DNA of 64,000 nucleotides. Source: Oscillibacter sp. (GTDB taxonomy: Bacteria; Bacillota; Clostridia; Oscillospirales; Oscillospiraceae). Location: positions 9,038 to 73,037 of the forward strand of contig JAAVYM010000020.1 of NCBI GenBank assembly GCA_022791135.1, given 5' to 3'. A program made the translations under genes and the position numbers. Of this stretch, positions 1-9,027 are shown in pieces. The notes beneath the pieces are model-generated. The model ran no database searches. It worked only from the letters and a program-made list of their open reading frames with translations, and was not told the DNA's origin. Numbering within the stretch: position 1 is the first letter of the stretch; each line of letters begins with the position of its first letter.

Positions 1-323
1 CTGTGTCCTGACTGGAGCACAAAAAGTCTTTTAGCAAACCGTACTATTCGCGCCATTCTCAACATAAGCAAATAAAAATCAAACCTCCGCAAGCCATTGC
101 GGAAGCTTGCCCCTTTTCTTGTCTCGCAGGCAAGGAAGCGGCAACGGGCGAGACCAGAGGGAATTTACGATGCGGCAGAAAGCGCAAGTAAAACTGACTA
201 CTCCAATCAAAACACGGCGGCCAAGGCTTTGACACCTTGACCGCCGTATTCGTTTCGACATCAGCGCCACACCAAAACGGCAAAACCGTCTTTCAAGCAA
301 TAGGTGTTCGTCCAATGTCCAGT

Positions 324-399
324 TGGTGGACCTGAAGAGATTCGAACTCTCGACCTCTCGGATGCGAACCGAACGCTCTCCCAACTGAGCTACAGGCCC
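324..399 (-). tRNA. tRNA-Ala(CGC)
   Basis: Reverse complement GGGCCTGTAGCTCAGTTGGGAGAGCG...TT-CGC-AT...GTTCGAATC...CACCA; 76 nt cloverleaf with encoded CCA. Confidence 0.95.
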
Positions 400-465
400 A
401 TGCGAAGAAGGAGTGAAGGGAAAAGCCCTGGAACTGGGTTCCAAGGCTTTCACATTTCCCTTTCC

Positions 466-541
<76 letters not shown>

Positions 542-953
542 ATGTCAGGTGCTTCGCATCAGAACAGTGATTATAATAGCAAAAGCAGGCGGAATTGTCA
601 AGAGGTTTTTTCAAAAATTTCGCTATTAAAAAAGTCCTCTCCGCTGTCTGTACGCTTCCACGGCCTGGCGGCGGAGGGGTTCCGGCTCCAGACCGGTCCC
701 CATCCCCCAGCTGAGCGCGCGGAGCCGCCTCCCCTTTTGCAGAAAGCCCGGGCGGCGCAGTAGGAGCGCCTCAAAGAAATGGCTCAAAAAATAATTAAGA
801 AAAGTTAACAATTTATAACCGTCTGAATTTCCCGTTTTTTGCGGAGGCGACAAAAATTTGTTTGGCCCCACAAACTTATTTAATAAAAGCTGGCACGCCC
901 TCAGAAGCGTGCTATACTAACTCTAATTATTTTCATGGAAATGGAGTGGGCAC

Positions 954-1202
954 ATGAAACGCACGGCTGAAGTTCAAATCCCGGCAGAGCAGCTGGACCA
1001 CACCGCCGCCGCTTTCATCAAAGCGGCCAGCGGTTTTCCCTGCTATATCTCCATCACGCGGGGGCAGCACAGCATCAACGCCAAGAGCTTCCTGGGTTTT
1101 CTCTCCTTGATGCAGGGGGGCGGCACCGTGGAACTCTCCGCTGAGGGTGCTGACGCTGAACAGGCTTTGGAAACTCTGGTGGGAATTTTAGAAGTAGGCT
1201 GA
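954..1202 (+). CDS. HPr/Crh-like phosphocarrier family protein
   Basis: 82 aa, INAKSFLG (Ser46-type motif), SAEGADAEQAL; canonical GLHARP motif degenerate; RBS GGAG upstream. Confidence 0.85.
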   Translation: MKRTAEVQIPAEQLDHTAAAFIKAASGFPCYISITRGQHSINAKSFLGFLSLMQGGGTVELSAEGADAEQALETLVGILEVG

Positions 1203-1439
1203 AGCTTAAAAGGCTGCTAGCAGGCTGCACGGCTGCGGAAAATCCGCAGCCGCCTTTTTTGTGCAACCGCGTCTTCTCCGCTCCGGCGTTTTCCTGCAAA
1301 AGGGGGAACCTGGAGAGTTTTCCCTGTCCCAGGGCGGAAAAAGCTGGTCAGGCGGCAAAATCTATGATATGATGACAACATTGCCTTGCACACCGCCCGA
1401 CTGTAAGAAACAAGACTTATGAAAAGAGAGGAATCGACG

Positions 1440-2885
1440 ATGTACAAAGCGTTCTCCGATTTGATTGACGCCGTCAGCGGCTACATGTACAGCTATATTC
1501 TGATCATCCTCCTGCTGGCCACGGGTCTGTTTTTCACCCTTCGAAGCAAATTCGTCCAGCTTCGCATGCTGCCAGAGTCCATCCGGGTAGTGGGAGAAAA
1601 ACCGAAAGGGGAAAACTCGATCTCCGCCTTCCAGGCGCTGATGGTCTCCACCGCCAGCCGGGTGGGCACCGGCAACATCGTGGGCGTGGCCAGCGCCATC
1701 GCCGCCGGCGGGTACGGGGCGGTGTTCTGGATGTGGATCATCGCCCTGGTGGGCGGGGCCTCCGCCTTCGTGGAGAGCACCCTGGCCCAAATCTACAAAA
1801 AGCGGGACCCTGAGGGCGGCAGCTACGGCGGCCCTTCCTATTACATCCAGGCGGCGCTAAAAAGCCGCTGGTTGGGCGTGCTCTTTGCCCTGGCGCTGAT
1901 CGCCACTTACGCCGGCGGCTTCAACATGCTCTGCTCGTTTAACCTCATCAGCAGCTTCACCGGCTACGGCTTCTACGCCGCCGCCGGAACCATCGCCTTG
2001 GGCGGGCGGGAGTTCAGCCTGGCGGCCGTGGTTGGCGGCGGGCTGCTGGCCCTGCTGGTGGCCTTTTGCATCTTCGGCGGGGGACGGCGCATCGTCCGGG
2101 TCACCGGCGTGCTGGTGCCGGTTATGGGCGTGTTATATATTCTGATGGCGGTTTTGGTGATGGTGCTGAATGCCGGCGCCCTTCCCGCCGTGCTGAGCCG
2201 CATTTTTGCCGAGGCTTTTGATTTTCAGGCTATCTTCGGCGGCTTTGCCGGATCAGCCGTGATGCATGGCATCAAGCGCGGCCTTTACTCCAACGAAGCG
2301 GGCATCGGCTCCGCCCCCAACGCCGCCGCCGCCGCGGACGTATCCCATCCCGTCAAGCAGGGCCTGGTCCAGATGCTGTCCATCTTCATCGACACCCTGC
2401 TCATCTGCACCGCCACCGCCATGATGACCCTATGTACCGGCGTGGACATCCACGGCGGCCTGGAAGGCGCGCCGCTGGTCCAGGCGTCTCTGGCCACGGT
2501 CTTCGGGACCTTTGGGCCGTACTTCATCACCTTCGCCCTGTTGCTTTTCGCCTTCACCACCCTGCTGGGCAACCTCTTTTACTGCGAGGGCTGCCTGAAC
2601 TACATCGCCGGGCGCAAGGTGGGCCGGACCGGGCGAACGGCATTCAACCTGGCCGCCGTAGCCCTGGTTTTCGTGGGGGCGCTGCTGGAGGTAAACCTGG
2701 TCTGGAACATCGCCGACGTGCTGATGGGAATCATGGCCATCATCAACCTGCCGGTAATCATACTCCTGGGCGGGGCCGCCATGCGGGCACTGGAGGATTA
2801 CTGCCGCCAGCGGAGCGAGGGCCGCGACCCGGTGTTCAAATCCGCATCCATCGGTCTGGGCGGACAGACGGAGTTCTGGAAATAA
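1440..2885 (+). CDS. Alanine/glycine:cation symporter (AgcS/AlsT family)
   Basis: STASRVGTGNIVGVA, GAVFWMW, GIKRGLYSNEAGIGSAP motifs; multi-TM; start could be 1419. Confidence 0.95.
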   Translation: MYKAFSDLIDAVSGYMYSYILIILLLATGLFFTLRSKFVQLRMLPESIRVVGEKPKGENSISAFQALMVSTASRVGTGNIVGVASAIAAGGYGAVFWMWIIALVGGASAFVESTLAQIYKKRDPEGGSYGGPSYYIQAALKSRWLGVLFALALIATYAGGFNMLCSFNLISSFTGYGFYAAAGTIALGGREFSLAAVVGGGLLALLVAFCIFGGGRRIVRVTGVLVPVMGVLYILMAVLVMVLNAGALPAVLSRIFAEAFDFQAIFGGFAGSAVMHGIKRGLYSNEAGIGSAPNAAAAADVSHPVKQGLVQMLSIFIDTLLICTATAMMTLCTGVDIHGGLEGAPLVQASLATVFGTFGPYFITFALLLFAFTTLLGNLFYCEGCLNYIAGRKVGRTGRTAFNLAAVALVFVGALLEVNLVWNIADVLMGIMAIINLPVIILLGGAAMRALEDYCRQRSEGRDPVFKSASIGLGGQTEFWK

Positions 2886-2954
2886 CCGCGGCTGCGGAAA
2901 AAGAGGGAGCCGGGAGAGGGAAATTTCTCCTCTCCCGGCTCTCCAGATGGATAT

Positions 2955-3785
2955 TCAATCGGATCTCTGCTCCATCCTGGCCAGGAAAAACGCCAGGGCA
3001 AACCCGGCTCCGGCGCACAGGGCCGAGAGGGCCATCTCCCCCAGGCCCGTGTACTCTGTGGGGACGATAACCAAGGTGGAGGCACAGACAAAACCCAGGA
3101 TGCCGTGGAACGCCACGGCGTAATGCCGCCGGAAACACCAGGTCATGAGCCTGGCCAGCAGCGCAATGGTCAGAAACATCCCCGGCAAGGCGGCAGAGAG
3201 GACCAGGAAGTCCAGCCGGGCCAAACCCTCCAGCATGGGCCGGTACAGACCCAGGGCCATCATCACGGAGGAGGAGGTCATGCCCGGGATGACCACGCCC
3301 ATCCCCCAGAGGACCCCGCAGAAATTGTACCACCAGAAATTGGGATCCACCTGCACATGGACCACCCGGCTGACATAAAACAGTCCAGCGAAAACTGCCG
3401 CCGCGCATAGCAGGAAGCTCCCCCAGGCGGCGGCGGAACGCCCCTCCTTCCCCGCCTCCCGAAAGAGGGAGGGCACAGTGCCCACGATCAGCCCGATAAA
3501 CAGCCAGTAGGTCACCGCATCGGAGCAGGCCATGGCTGCGGAGATGCCCTTTGCAATCCCCAGGAAGCCCGCCGCCCACCCCAGCCCCAAGGGGATCAGC
3601 ATCCGCCAATATTGGGGGACCGCCCGCCGGGGATGGGTCAGGACCTCCATGAAGGGGCGGTAGATGTCGAACACCACCGCCAGCACGCCGCCGGAGACCC
3701 CTGGCAGAATCGCACCCGCCCCAATCAAAGCGCCGCAGACCAGATTGCGAAGCCAGCGGGTCCGCTGTTGTTTTCGCCTGTCCAC
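2955..3785 (-). CDS. DUF368 family membrane protein
   Basis: GAILPGVSGG and VIPGMTSSS repeated motifs; hydrophobic; GTG start inferred from RBS. Confidence 0.85.
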   Translation of the reverse strand: MDRRKQQRTRWLRNLVCGALIGAGAILPGVSGGVLAVVFDIYRPFMEVLTHPRRAVPQYWRMLIPLGLGWAAGFLGIAKGISAAMACSDAVTYWLFIGLIVGTVPSLFREAGKEGRSAAAWGSFLLCAAAVFAGLFYVSRVVHVQVDPNFWWYNFCGVLWGMGVVIPGMTSSSVMMALGLYRPMLEGLARLDFLVLSAALPGMFLTIALLARLMTWCFRRHYAVAFHGILGFVCASTLVIVPTEYTGLGEMALSALCAGAGFALAFFLARMEQRSD

Positions 3786-3963
3786 AGGCCCATTCCCCCT
3801 TTCTAAGCGCCCCGGAATTTCACGCAGCATATGATACCAGTTTTGCCGGGCGCTTGCAATCCGATTCCGCTTTTTCCGGGATAATTCTCTGAATTTTTCG
3901 GGGCGTTTGTCTACTTACCCGATTTTTTCGGCATAAACGCAGCTTTTTTTGTATATTCCGCCC

Positions 3964-3992
3964 TTGACAGGCAGGGCGGAACCGTGTAAACT
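3964..3992 (+). promoter_or_regulatory. SigA promoter of the met T-box leader
   Basis: TTGACA-N17-TAAACT. Confidence 0.7.
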
Positions 3993-4019
3993 ACAAAGCA
4001 CTTCAAACAATTCCATAAC

Positions 4020-4298
4020 CGCGAAAGACGATGAAGGGAAGAGTACGCCAGAGGATACGGCAAAGAGAGTCCCGGTTGGTGAAAAGGGACACGGAAGGGC
4101 TGGCTGAACATGGTCCTGGAGTTGCGTAGCCGACTGCCGCAGAGGCATAGGCTGCGACGTGTGCGCACGTAACAGCGCAGGAGTGTGATGGCACTCTCAA
4201 AGGCCGCCCCCGCGAGGAGGCGTGCGAATCAAGGTGGTACCACGGCGCAGCCCTGCGCTCGTCCTTGAAGCAGTTTGCTTCAAGGGCTTTTTTGTTTG
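4020..4298 (+). promoter_or_regulatory. T-box riboswitch, Met (AUG) specifier
   Basis: AGAGAG/GGTGAAA stem I motifs, specifier ATG at 4110-4112, T-box AAGGTGGTACCACGG, terminator CCTTGAAGCA..TGCTTCAAGG plus T-run, upstream of metNIQ. Confidence 0.92.
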
Positions 4299-4329
4299 CT
4301 TGGAACCTCTTCGTAAAGGAGCTGCTATT

Positions 4330-5346
4330 GTGAGCGAGTCCATTATTCAAATTCAGCACTTGTGCAAGACCTTCGGCGGCCGGGACGAAACCGTCCGGGC
4401 CTTGGAGGACATCAGCCTGGACATCCGCCAGGGGGAGATCTTCGGCATCATCGGCCTTTCCGGCGCGGGGAAATCCACCCTGGTCCGGTGCTTGAACCTT
4501 CTGGAGCGGCCCACCTCCGGCAAGGTCATTGTGGACGGGAAGGACATGACCGCCCTGTCCGAGCGGGAGCTGCGGCTCCAGCGCCGGAAGATCACCATGA
4601 TCTTCCAGGGCTTCAACCTGCTGATGCAGCGGACCTGCCTGAAAAACGTGTGCTTCCCCATGGAGATCAGCGGGGTACCCCGGGGCCAGGCGGAAGAGCG
4701 GGCCAGGGAGCTTTTGGAGCTTGTGGGCCTGGCGGATAAAGCCGGCGCCTATCCCGCCCAGCTCTCCGGCGGGCAGAAACAGCGCGTGGCCGTGGCCCGT
4801 GCCCTGGCCACCAATCCCAAGGTCCTCCTCTGCGACGAGGCCACCTCCGCCCTGGACCCCACCACCACGGCCTCCATCCTGAAGCTTCTCCGGGACCTGA
4901 ACGCCAAGCTGGGGGTCACTCTGGTCGTCATCACCCACCAGATGAGCGTGATCGAGGAAGTCTGTTCCCGGGTGGCCATTCTGGACGGCGGAGTCGTGGC
5001 CGAGCTGGGTCCGGTGCAGGACATTTTCTCCAATCCCTCCACCGACGCCGCCCGGCGCCTGGTGTACCCCGGCGGGGCCAGCATCTCCCAATACCCCACC
5101 GGCACGCACGCCGCCCGGGTCTCCTTCAACGGCGGCACGGTGAATCAGCCCCTCATTGCCTCCCTCGCCATCGACTGCGGCGTAAAGGTCAGCATTCTCG
5201 GCGCAGATACCCGAAGCGTCGGAGGAAAGGCCACAGGAACCATGCTCCTCAGCCTGCCCGACGACCCCGGCGAGGCGACCAAGGCCTTGAACTACATTCG
5301 TTCCCAGCCCTACATTACCGTAGAGGAGGTCGAGTACCATGGCTGA
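4330..5346 (+). CDS. metN: Methionine ABC transporter ATP-binding protein
   Basis: GLSGAGKST, LSGGQKQRV, LCDEATSALDP, C-terminal NIL-like domain; GTG start after AAAGGAG. Confidence 0.95.
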   Translation: MSESIIQIQHLCKTFGGRDETVRALEDISLDIRQGEIFGIIGLSGAGKSTLVRCLNLLERPTSGKVIVDGKDMTALSERELRLQRRKITMIFQGFNLLMQRTCLKNVCFPMEISGVPRGQAEERARELLELVGLADKAGAYPAQLSGGQKQRVAVARALATNPKVLLCDEATSALDPTTTASILKLLRDLNAKLGVTLVVITHQMSVIEEVCSRVAILDGGVVAELGPVQDIFSNPSTDAARRLVYPGGASISQYPTGTHAARVSFNGGTVNQPLIASLAIDCGVKVSILGADTRSVGGKATGTMLLSLPDDPGEATKALNYIRSQPYITVEEVEYHG

Positions 5347-6031
5347 CATTCTGGAGATTTTCACCGCCGCCTTTTGGGCAGAGTACGGCGCGATTATTAC
5401 CCGGGGCATCTGGGAAACCTTTATCATGACCGCTGTGTCCACCCTGTTTGCCTACCTCATCGGCCTGCCTATGGGCGTGGTTTGCGTCCTGACCCAGCCC
5501 CACGGCATTCGCCCGAACCGGGCCGTCAACACCGTTCTGGGTTGGATTATCAACATCGGCCGGTCCCTTCCCTTCATCATTTTGATGATCGCCATCCAGC
5601 CCTTCACAAAGCTGGTCGTGGGCACCAAGATCGGCATCAAGGGCGCCATCGTGCCCTTGGTGGTCTCCGCCGCCCCCTTCATTGCCCGGATGGTGGAGAC
5701 CTCCCTCGGCGAGGTGGACGCGGGCGTCGTCGAGGCGGCCCAGTCCATGGGGGCCTCCACTTTCCAGATTGTCTGGAAGGTCTACCTCCCGGAGGCCCGG
5801 CCCTCCCTGGTGCTGGGAGGCTCCGTGGTCCTCATCGCCATTGTGGGCTATACCGCCATGGCAGGCGCCATGGGCGCCGGAGGGCTGGGAGACCTGGCCG
5901 TCCGTTACGGCCACCAGAGGCACGTGCCCTCTATGATGTGGGTCACCGTGGCCTTCCTCATTCTCTTGGTCCAAGTAGTCCAATCCGTTTTCAGCCGTTT
6001 GTCGGTGCGCATTGACAAACGTTTGAAATAA
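5339..6031 (+). CDS. metI: Methionine ABC transporter permease
   Basis: GRSLPFIIL, EAAQSMGAS, GAGGLGDLAVRYG. Confidence 0.95.
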   Translation: MADILEIFTAAFWAEYGAIITRGIWETFIMTAVSTLFAYLIGLPMGVVCVLTQPHGIRPNRAVNTVLGWIINIGRSLPFIILMIAIQPFTKLVVGTKIGIKGAIVPLVVSAAPFIARMVETSLGEVDAGVVEAAQSMGASTFQIVWKVYLPEARPSLVLGGSVVLIAIVGYTAMAGAMGAGGLGDLAVRYGHQRHVPSMMWVTVAFLILLVQVVQSVFSRLSVRIDKRLK

Positions 6032-6162
6032 AAGTAGGGTCTCTCCGCCGGCCCCTCCGGGATTCTCACGCGCGCAGAGAGCACGGAGTCCGGAAGGCGA
6101 GTCCCCCAGATACCGAAGACATTCGGAGCAAGCACATTGTTTTTCAATTGGAGGAATACAAC

Positions 6163-7041
6163 ATGAAAAAGAAGATTTTTGCCCTCTCCCTGGCCCTGAT
6201 CCTGGCTTTGGCCCTGGCCGCCTGCGGCGGCTCCGGTTCCGCTGGTGATACCCAGAAGACCGACGCTCCCGCCGGCACCCAGGCCCCCCCTGCCGATACC
6301 CAGACGCCCCCTGCCGAGACCGTAACCCTGAAAGTCGCCGCCTCCCCCACGCCTCACGCCGAGATTCTAAACCAGTGCGTGGACATCCTGAAGGCCCAGG
6401 GCATCGACCTGGTGGTCACGGAATACTCCGACTACGTCTTCCCCAACACCGCTGTGGAGGACGGTGAGGAGGACGCCAACTACTTCCAGCACATCCCCTA
6501 CCTCAACAACTTCAATGCCGAGCGCGGCACCCATCTGGTGAGCATAGCGGGCATCCATATTGAACCCATCGGAATCTACGCGGGCAAGACCGCCTCGCTG
6601 GACGCCATTCCCGACGGCGGCAGGATTGCCGTTCCCAACGACACCACCAACGAGGGCCGGGCCCTGCTGCTGCTGGAGGCTCAGGGCATCATCAAGCTCA
6701 AGGACAGCACCAAGCTGGACTCCACGCCCAACGACATTGCCGAGAACCCCAAGAACCTGGAGTTTGTAGAGCTGGCGGCGGAAAACATCCCCTCCAACCT
6801 GGACGAGGTGGACGTGGCGGCCATCAACTCCAACTACGCCCTGGGGGCGGGCCTGAACCCCGTGGAGGATGCCCTGGTGCTGGAAAACAGCGAGGACAAT
6901 CCCTATGTGAACATTCTGGCCGTGAAGGAGGGCAACGAGAACAGCGAGGTCATTCAGGCCCTGGTGAAGGCCCTCCAGTCCGATACGGTGCGGGACTATA
7001 TCCTCAATACCTACGGCGGCGCGGTGCTCCCCGCATTCTGA
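6163..7041 (+). CDS. metQ: Methionine ABC transporter substrate-binding lipoprotein (MetQ/NlpA)
   Basis: Lipobox LAAC, PHAEIL, DANYFQHIPYL, PNDTTNEGRAL. Confidence 0.95.
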   Translation: MKKKIFALSLALILALALAACGGSGSAGDTQKTDAPAGTQAPPADTQTPPAETVTLKVAASPTPHAEILNQCVDILKAQGIDLVVTEYSDYVFPNTAVEDGEEDANYFQHIPYLNNFNAERGTHLVSIAGIHIEPIGIYAGKTASLDAIPDGGRIAVPNDTTNEGRALLLLEAQGIIKLKDSTKLDSTPNDIAENPKNLEFVELAAENIPSNLDEVDVAAINSNYALGAGLNPVEDALVLENSEDNPYVNILAVKEGNENSEVIQALVKALQSDTVRDYILNTYGGAVLPAF

Positions 7042-7071
7042 TACGTCCCGAAAACCACCGCCCCGAAGCAA

Positions 7072-7119
7072 ACAACCAGCGGCCCGAAGAGGCAATTGCC
7101 TCTTCGGGCCGCTGGTTGT
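7072..7119. repeat. Perfect 48-bp palindrome between convergent genes (probable bidirectional terminator)
   Basis: ACAACCAGCGGCCCGAAGAGGCAA|TTGCCTCTTCGGGCCGCTGGTTGT, no spacer. Confidence 0.9.
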
Positions 7120-7190
7120 CTGCTCATGACCGTCAGCTGACGGCAGATTAAGGCACAAACGCTTTTCATCTGCACCGTCTATTAAGGCGT

Positions 7191-7490
7191 TTACAGACTG
7201 GTCTTCTCCCGCAGCGTCAAAACCGCGCACAGGCAGGTCAGCAGGGCCAGCGCCGCCTGGCCCCAATAGAGGTTCAGGCTGACGGAACTCTTATTCCACC
7301 TCCGTTCCGCCGCCACGGAGGCAAAGACATAGACCGATACCGCGCTGAAAATCAGCACAATGGCGTCCGCGGCCCACTTCTGTCCCATAACCGTGGCCAG
7401 GGTGTAGAGCAAAAAGCCCACGCCAGAAAAAATTGCCCCCAGGCTCAGCTGTTTTTGCCCCTGTAAAAGGAACCGGCTTTTACGCTTCAT
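7191..7490 (-). CDS. Small hypothetical membrane protein (about 3 TM)
   Basis: 99 aa hydrophobic ORF with GGAGG RBS, downstream of the PBP gene. Confidence 0.7.
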   Translation of the reverse strand: MKRKSRFLLQGQKQLSLGAIFSGVGFLLYTLATVMGQKWAADAIVLIFSAVSVYVFASVAAERRWNKSSVSLNLYWGQAALALLTCLCAVLTLREKTSL

Positions 7491-7535
7491 TTATATACCC
7501 TCCGTAAAATAAAATAAAAATATTGCAAAACGTAT

Positions 7536-8918
7536 TCATTTTTCGTAGCCATTGACCATCACATTCAGCACCTTTCCAGCGACGCTGCCCGCCACGCTGC
7601 TGCCGCCGCCGCCGTTTTCCACCAGCACCACAAAGGCATAGGGCGCGTCCTCGTTCCGGAGGAACCCGGCAAACCAGGCGTGGGGGCTTTGCCCCTCCCC
7701 CACCTCGGCGGTGCCGGATTTGGCGCACAGATCCATGTTGGGAAAGCGGCTTTTGCCGTAGGTTCTCTCCACGTTCCCGGCCATCAGCTCCGCCAACGCG
7801 CCGGCCGTGTCTCTGGCAACCAGCGTCCCGGTCCGGCGGGTCCTGTGGGGCAGAGAGGGAATCCCAAAGGCATTTTCCGTCCGCAGGATCAGATACGGCT
7901 CCGCCGCCCGGCCCCCGTTTGCCACGGCCCCCATGTAGACCATCAACGCGCAGGGGTTCACCAGGTCCCGGTCCTGCCCCACGCCCGCCCAGCCCAGGCG
8001 TCCCTCCGTGATGCCCTCCCAACCGAAGGCCCCCTTGGCAGAGGACAGGCCGTTCAGGCTGTAGCTGGCGGTCAAGCCCGCCTGCTCTGTATACGTTTTC
8101 AGCACGTCCTCCCCCAATTCCACCGCAATCTGTGCAAAGGCCACATTGCAGCTGTTGGCGAAGGCGGCGGCGATATCCTGCTCCCCGTGGACGCCGGAGC
8201 AGACGATGGTCTCCTCCCCGATTTGAATGGAGCCGGGACAGTCCCAGGACCGGCTGTCCAGATTCGGAATCTGCTCCAAGGCCGCCGCCAGGGTGACGGT
8301 CTTATACACGGAACCGGGCGTAAACACGGAGGAGAGGAAGCGGTTCAAATACGCCCCCTTCCAGCGGTCGCTGTCCTCCAAATCGCCGGGGACGTTCAAC
8401 GGGTCATAACTGGGCGCAGAAACCATACAAAGGACCTCGCCCGTCTTGTAATTATAGACCGCCACCGCCCCGGCCTTGCCGTTCAAGGCCTGATAGGCCT
8501 CGTAATTATACCGGGCATCCAAGGTAAGGACCAGCTCCCCGCCCCGGCCGGCGCCAAAGGCGCCGTTGACCAAATTCCACCCGGTCAGCCGGTCCGCAAA
8601 AGCATTCAGCGCCCCGGTCCCGATGTTGCCCTGAAGATCCCCCACCGCATGGAGGGTGGCCTTCCGAACGGTCTCATTGTCATAGTAAGTCCGCCTACCC
8701 TCCTCCACCGAAGAGAGCACATCCCCGTCCCGGTCCGCCACGGTTCCCGCGATCAGCTGCCCCTGGTTGTTGTAAAGATGACGGTTAAAAGGGGAAGAGG
8801 CCCAGCTTCCGCCCTGGAAAAGGTAACGGAGCAAGAAAAAACCCATCCCGGCGGCCAGCACCAGCGCAAGCAAAAAGCAAACCACCGCCCGGTTCTCAAT
8901 TTTTTTCAAAAGAAGCAT
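7536..8918 (-). CDS. Class B penicillin-binding transpeptidase (PbpA-like)
   Basis: SxxK (PGSVYK), SxN (NSCN) and KSG motifs; N-terminal TM. Confidence 0.92.
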   Translation of the reverse strand: MLLLKKIENRAVVCFLLALVLAAGMGFFLLRYLFQGGSWASSPFNRHLYNNQGQLIAGTVADRDGDVLSSVEEGRRTYYDNETVRKATLHAVGDLQGNIGTGALNAFADRLTGWNLVNGAFGAGRGGELVLTLDARYNYEAYQALNGKAGAVAVYNYKTGEVLCMVSAPSYDPLNVPGDLEDSDRWKGAYLNRFLSSVFTPGSVYKTVTLAAALEQIPNLDSRSWDCPGSIQIGEETIVCSGVHGEQDIAAAFANSCNVAFAQIAVELGEDVLKTYTEQAGLTASYSLNGLSSAKGAFGWEGITEGRLGWAGVGQDRDLVNPCALMVYMGAVANGGRAAEPYLILRTENAFGIPSLPHRTRRTGTLVARDTAGALAELMAGNVERTYGKSRFPNMDLCAKSGTAEVGEGQSPHAWFAGFLRNEDAPYAFVVLVENGGGGSSVAGSVAGKVLNVMVNGYEK

Positions 8919-9027
8919 CCCCCTTTCATCAAATCCCCCGTCCCCCGCAGGGCCGGGGGATTCTCAAGGGGGAACCCGTTCCCCCTTGAAGGAGGCGGAG
9001 CAAACGGAACGGAGCGGATACCCGGCG

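Noticed and set aside
421-452. Hairpin between the two tRNA-Ala genes as a third copy of the trailer element
   Set aside because: No sequence similarity to the Leu/Ser element; it is a simple terminator- or att-like hairpin.
891-918. Sigma-54 promoter (TGGCAC) before the HPr-like gene
   Set aside because: No TTGC at -12; an extended -10 TGCTATACT explains the site better.
6032-6150. Possible riboswitch between metI and metQ
   Set aside because: Some GAGAG/CCGAAG/GAGCAA words are present but there is no convincing glycine or SAM aptamer architecture.
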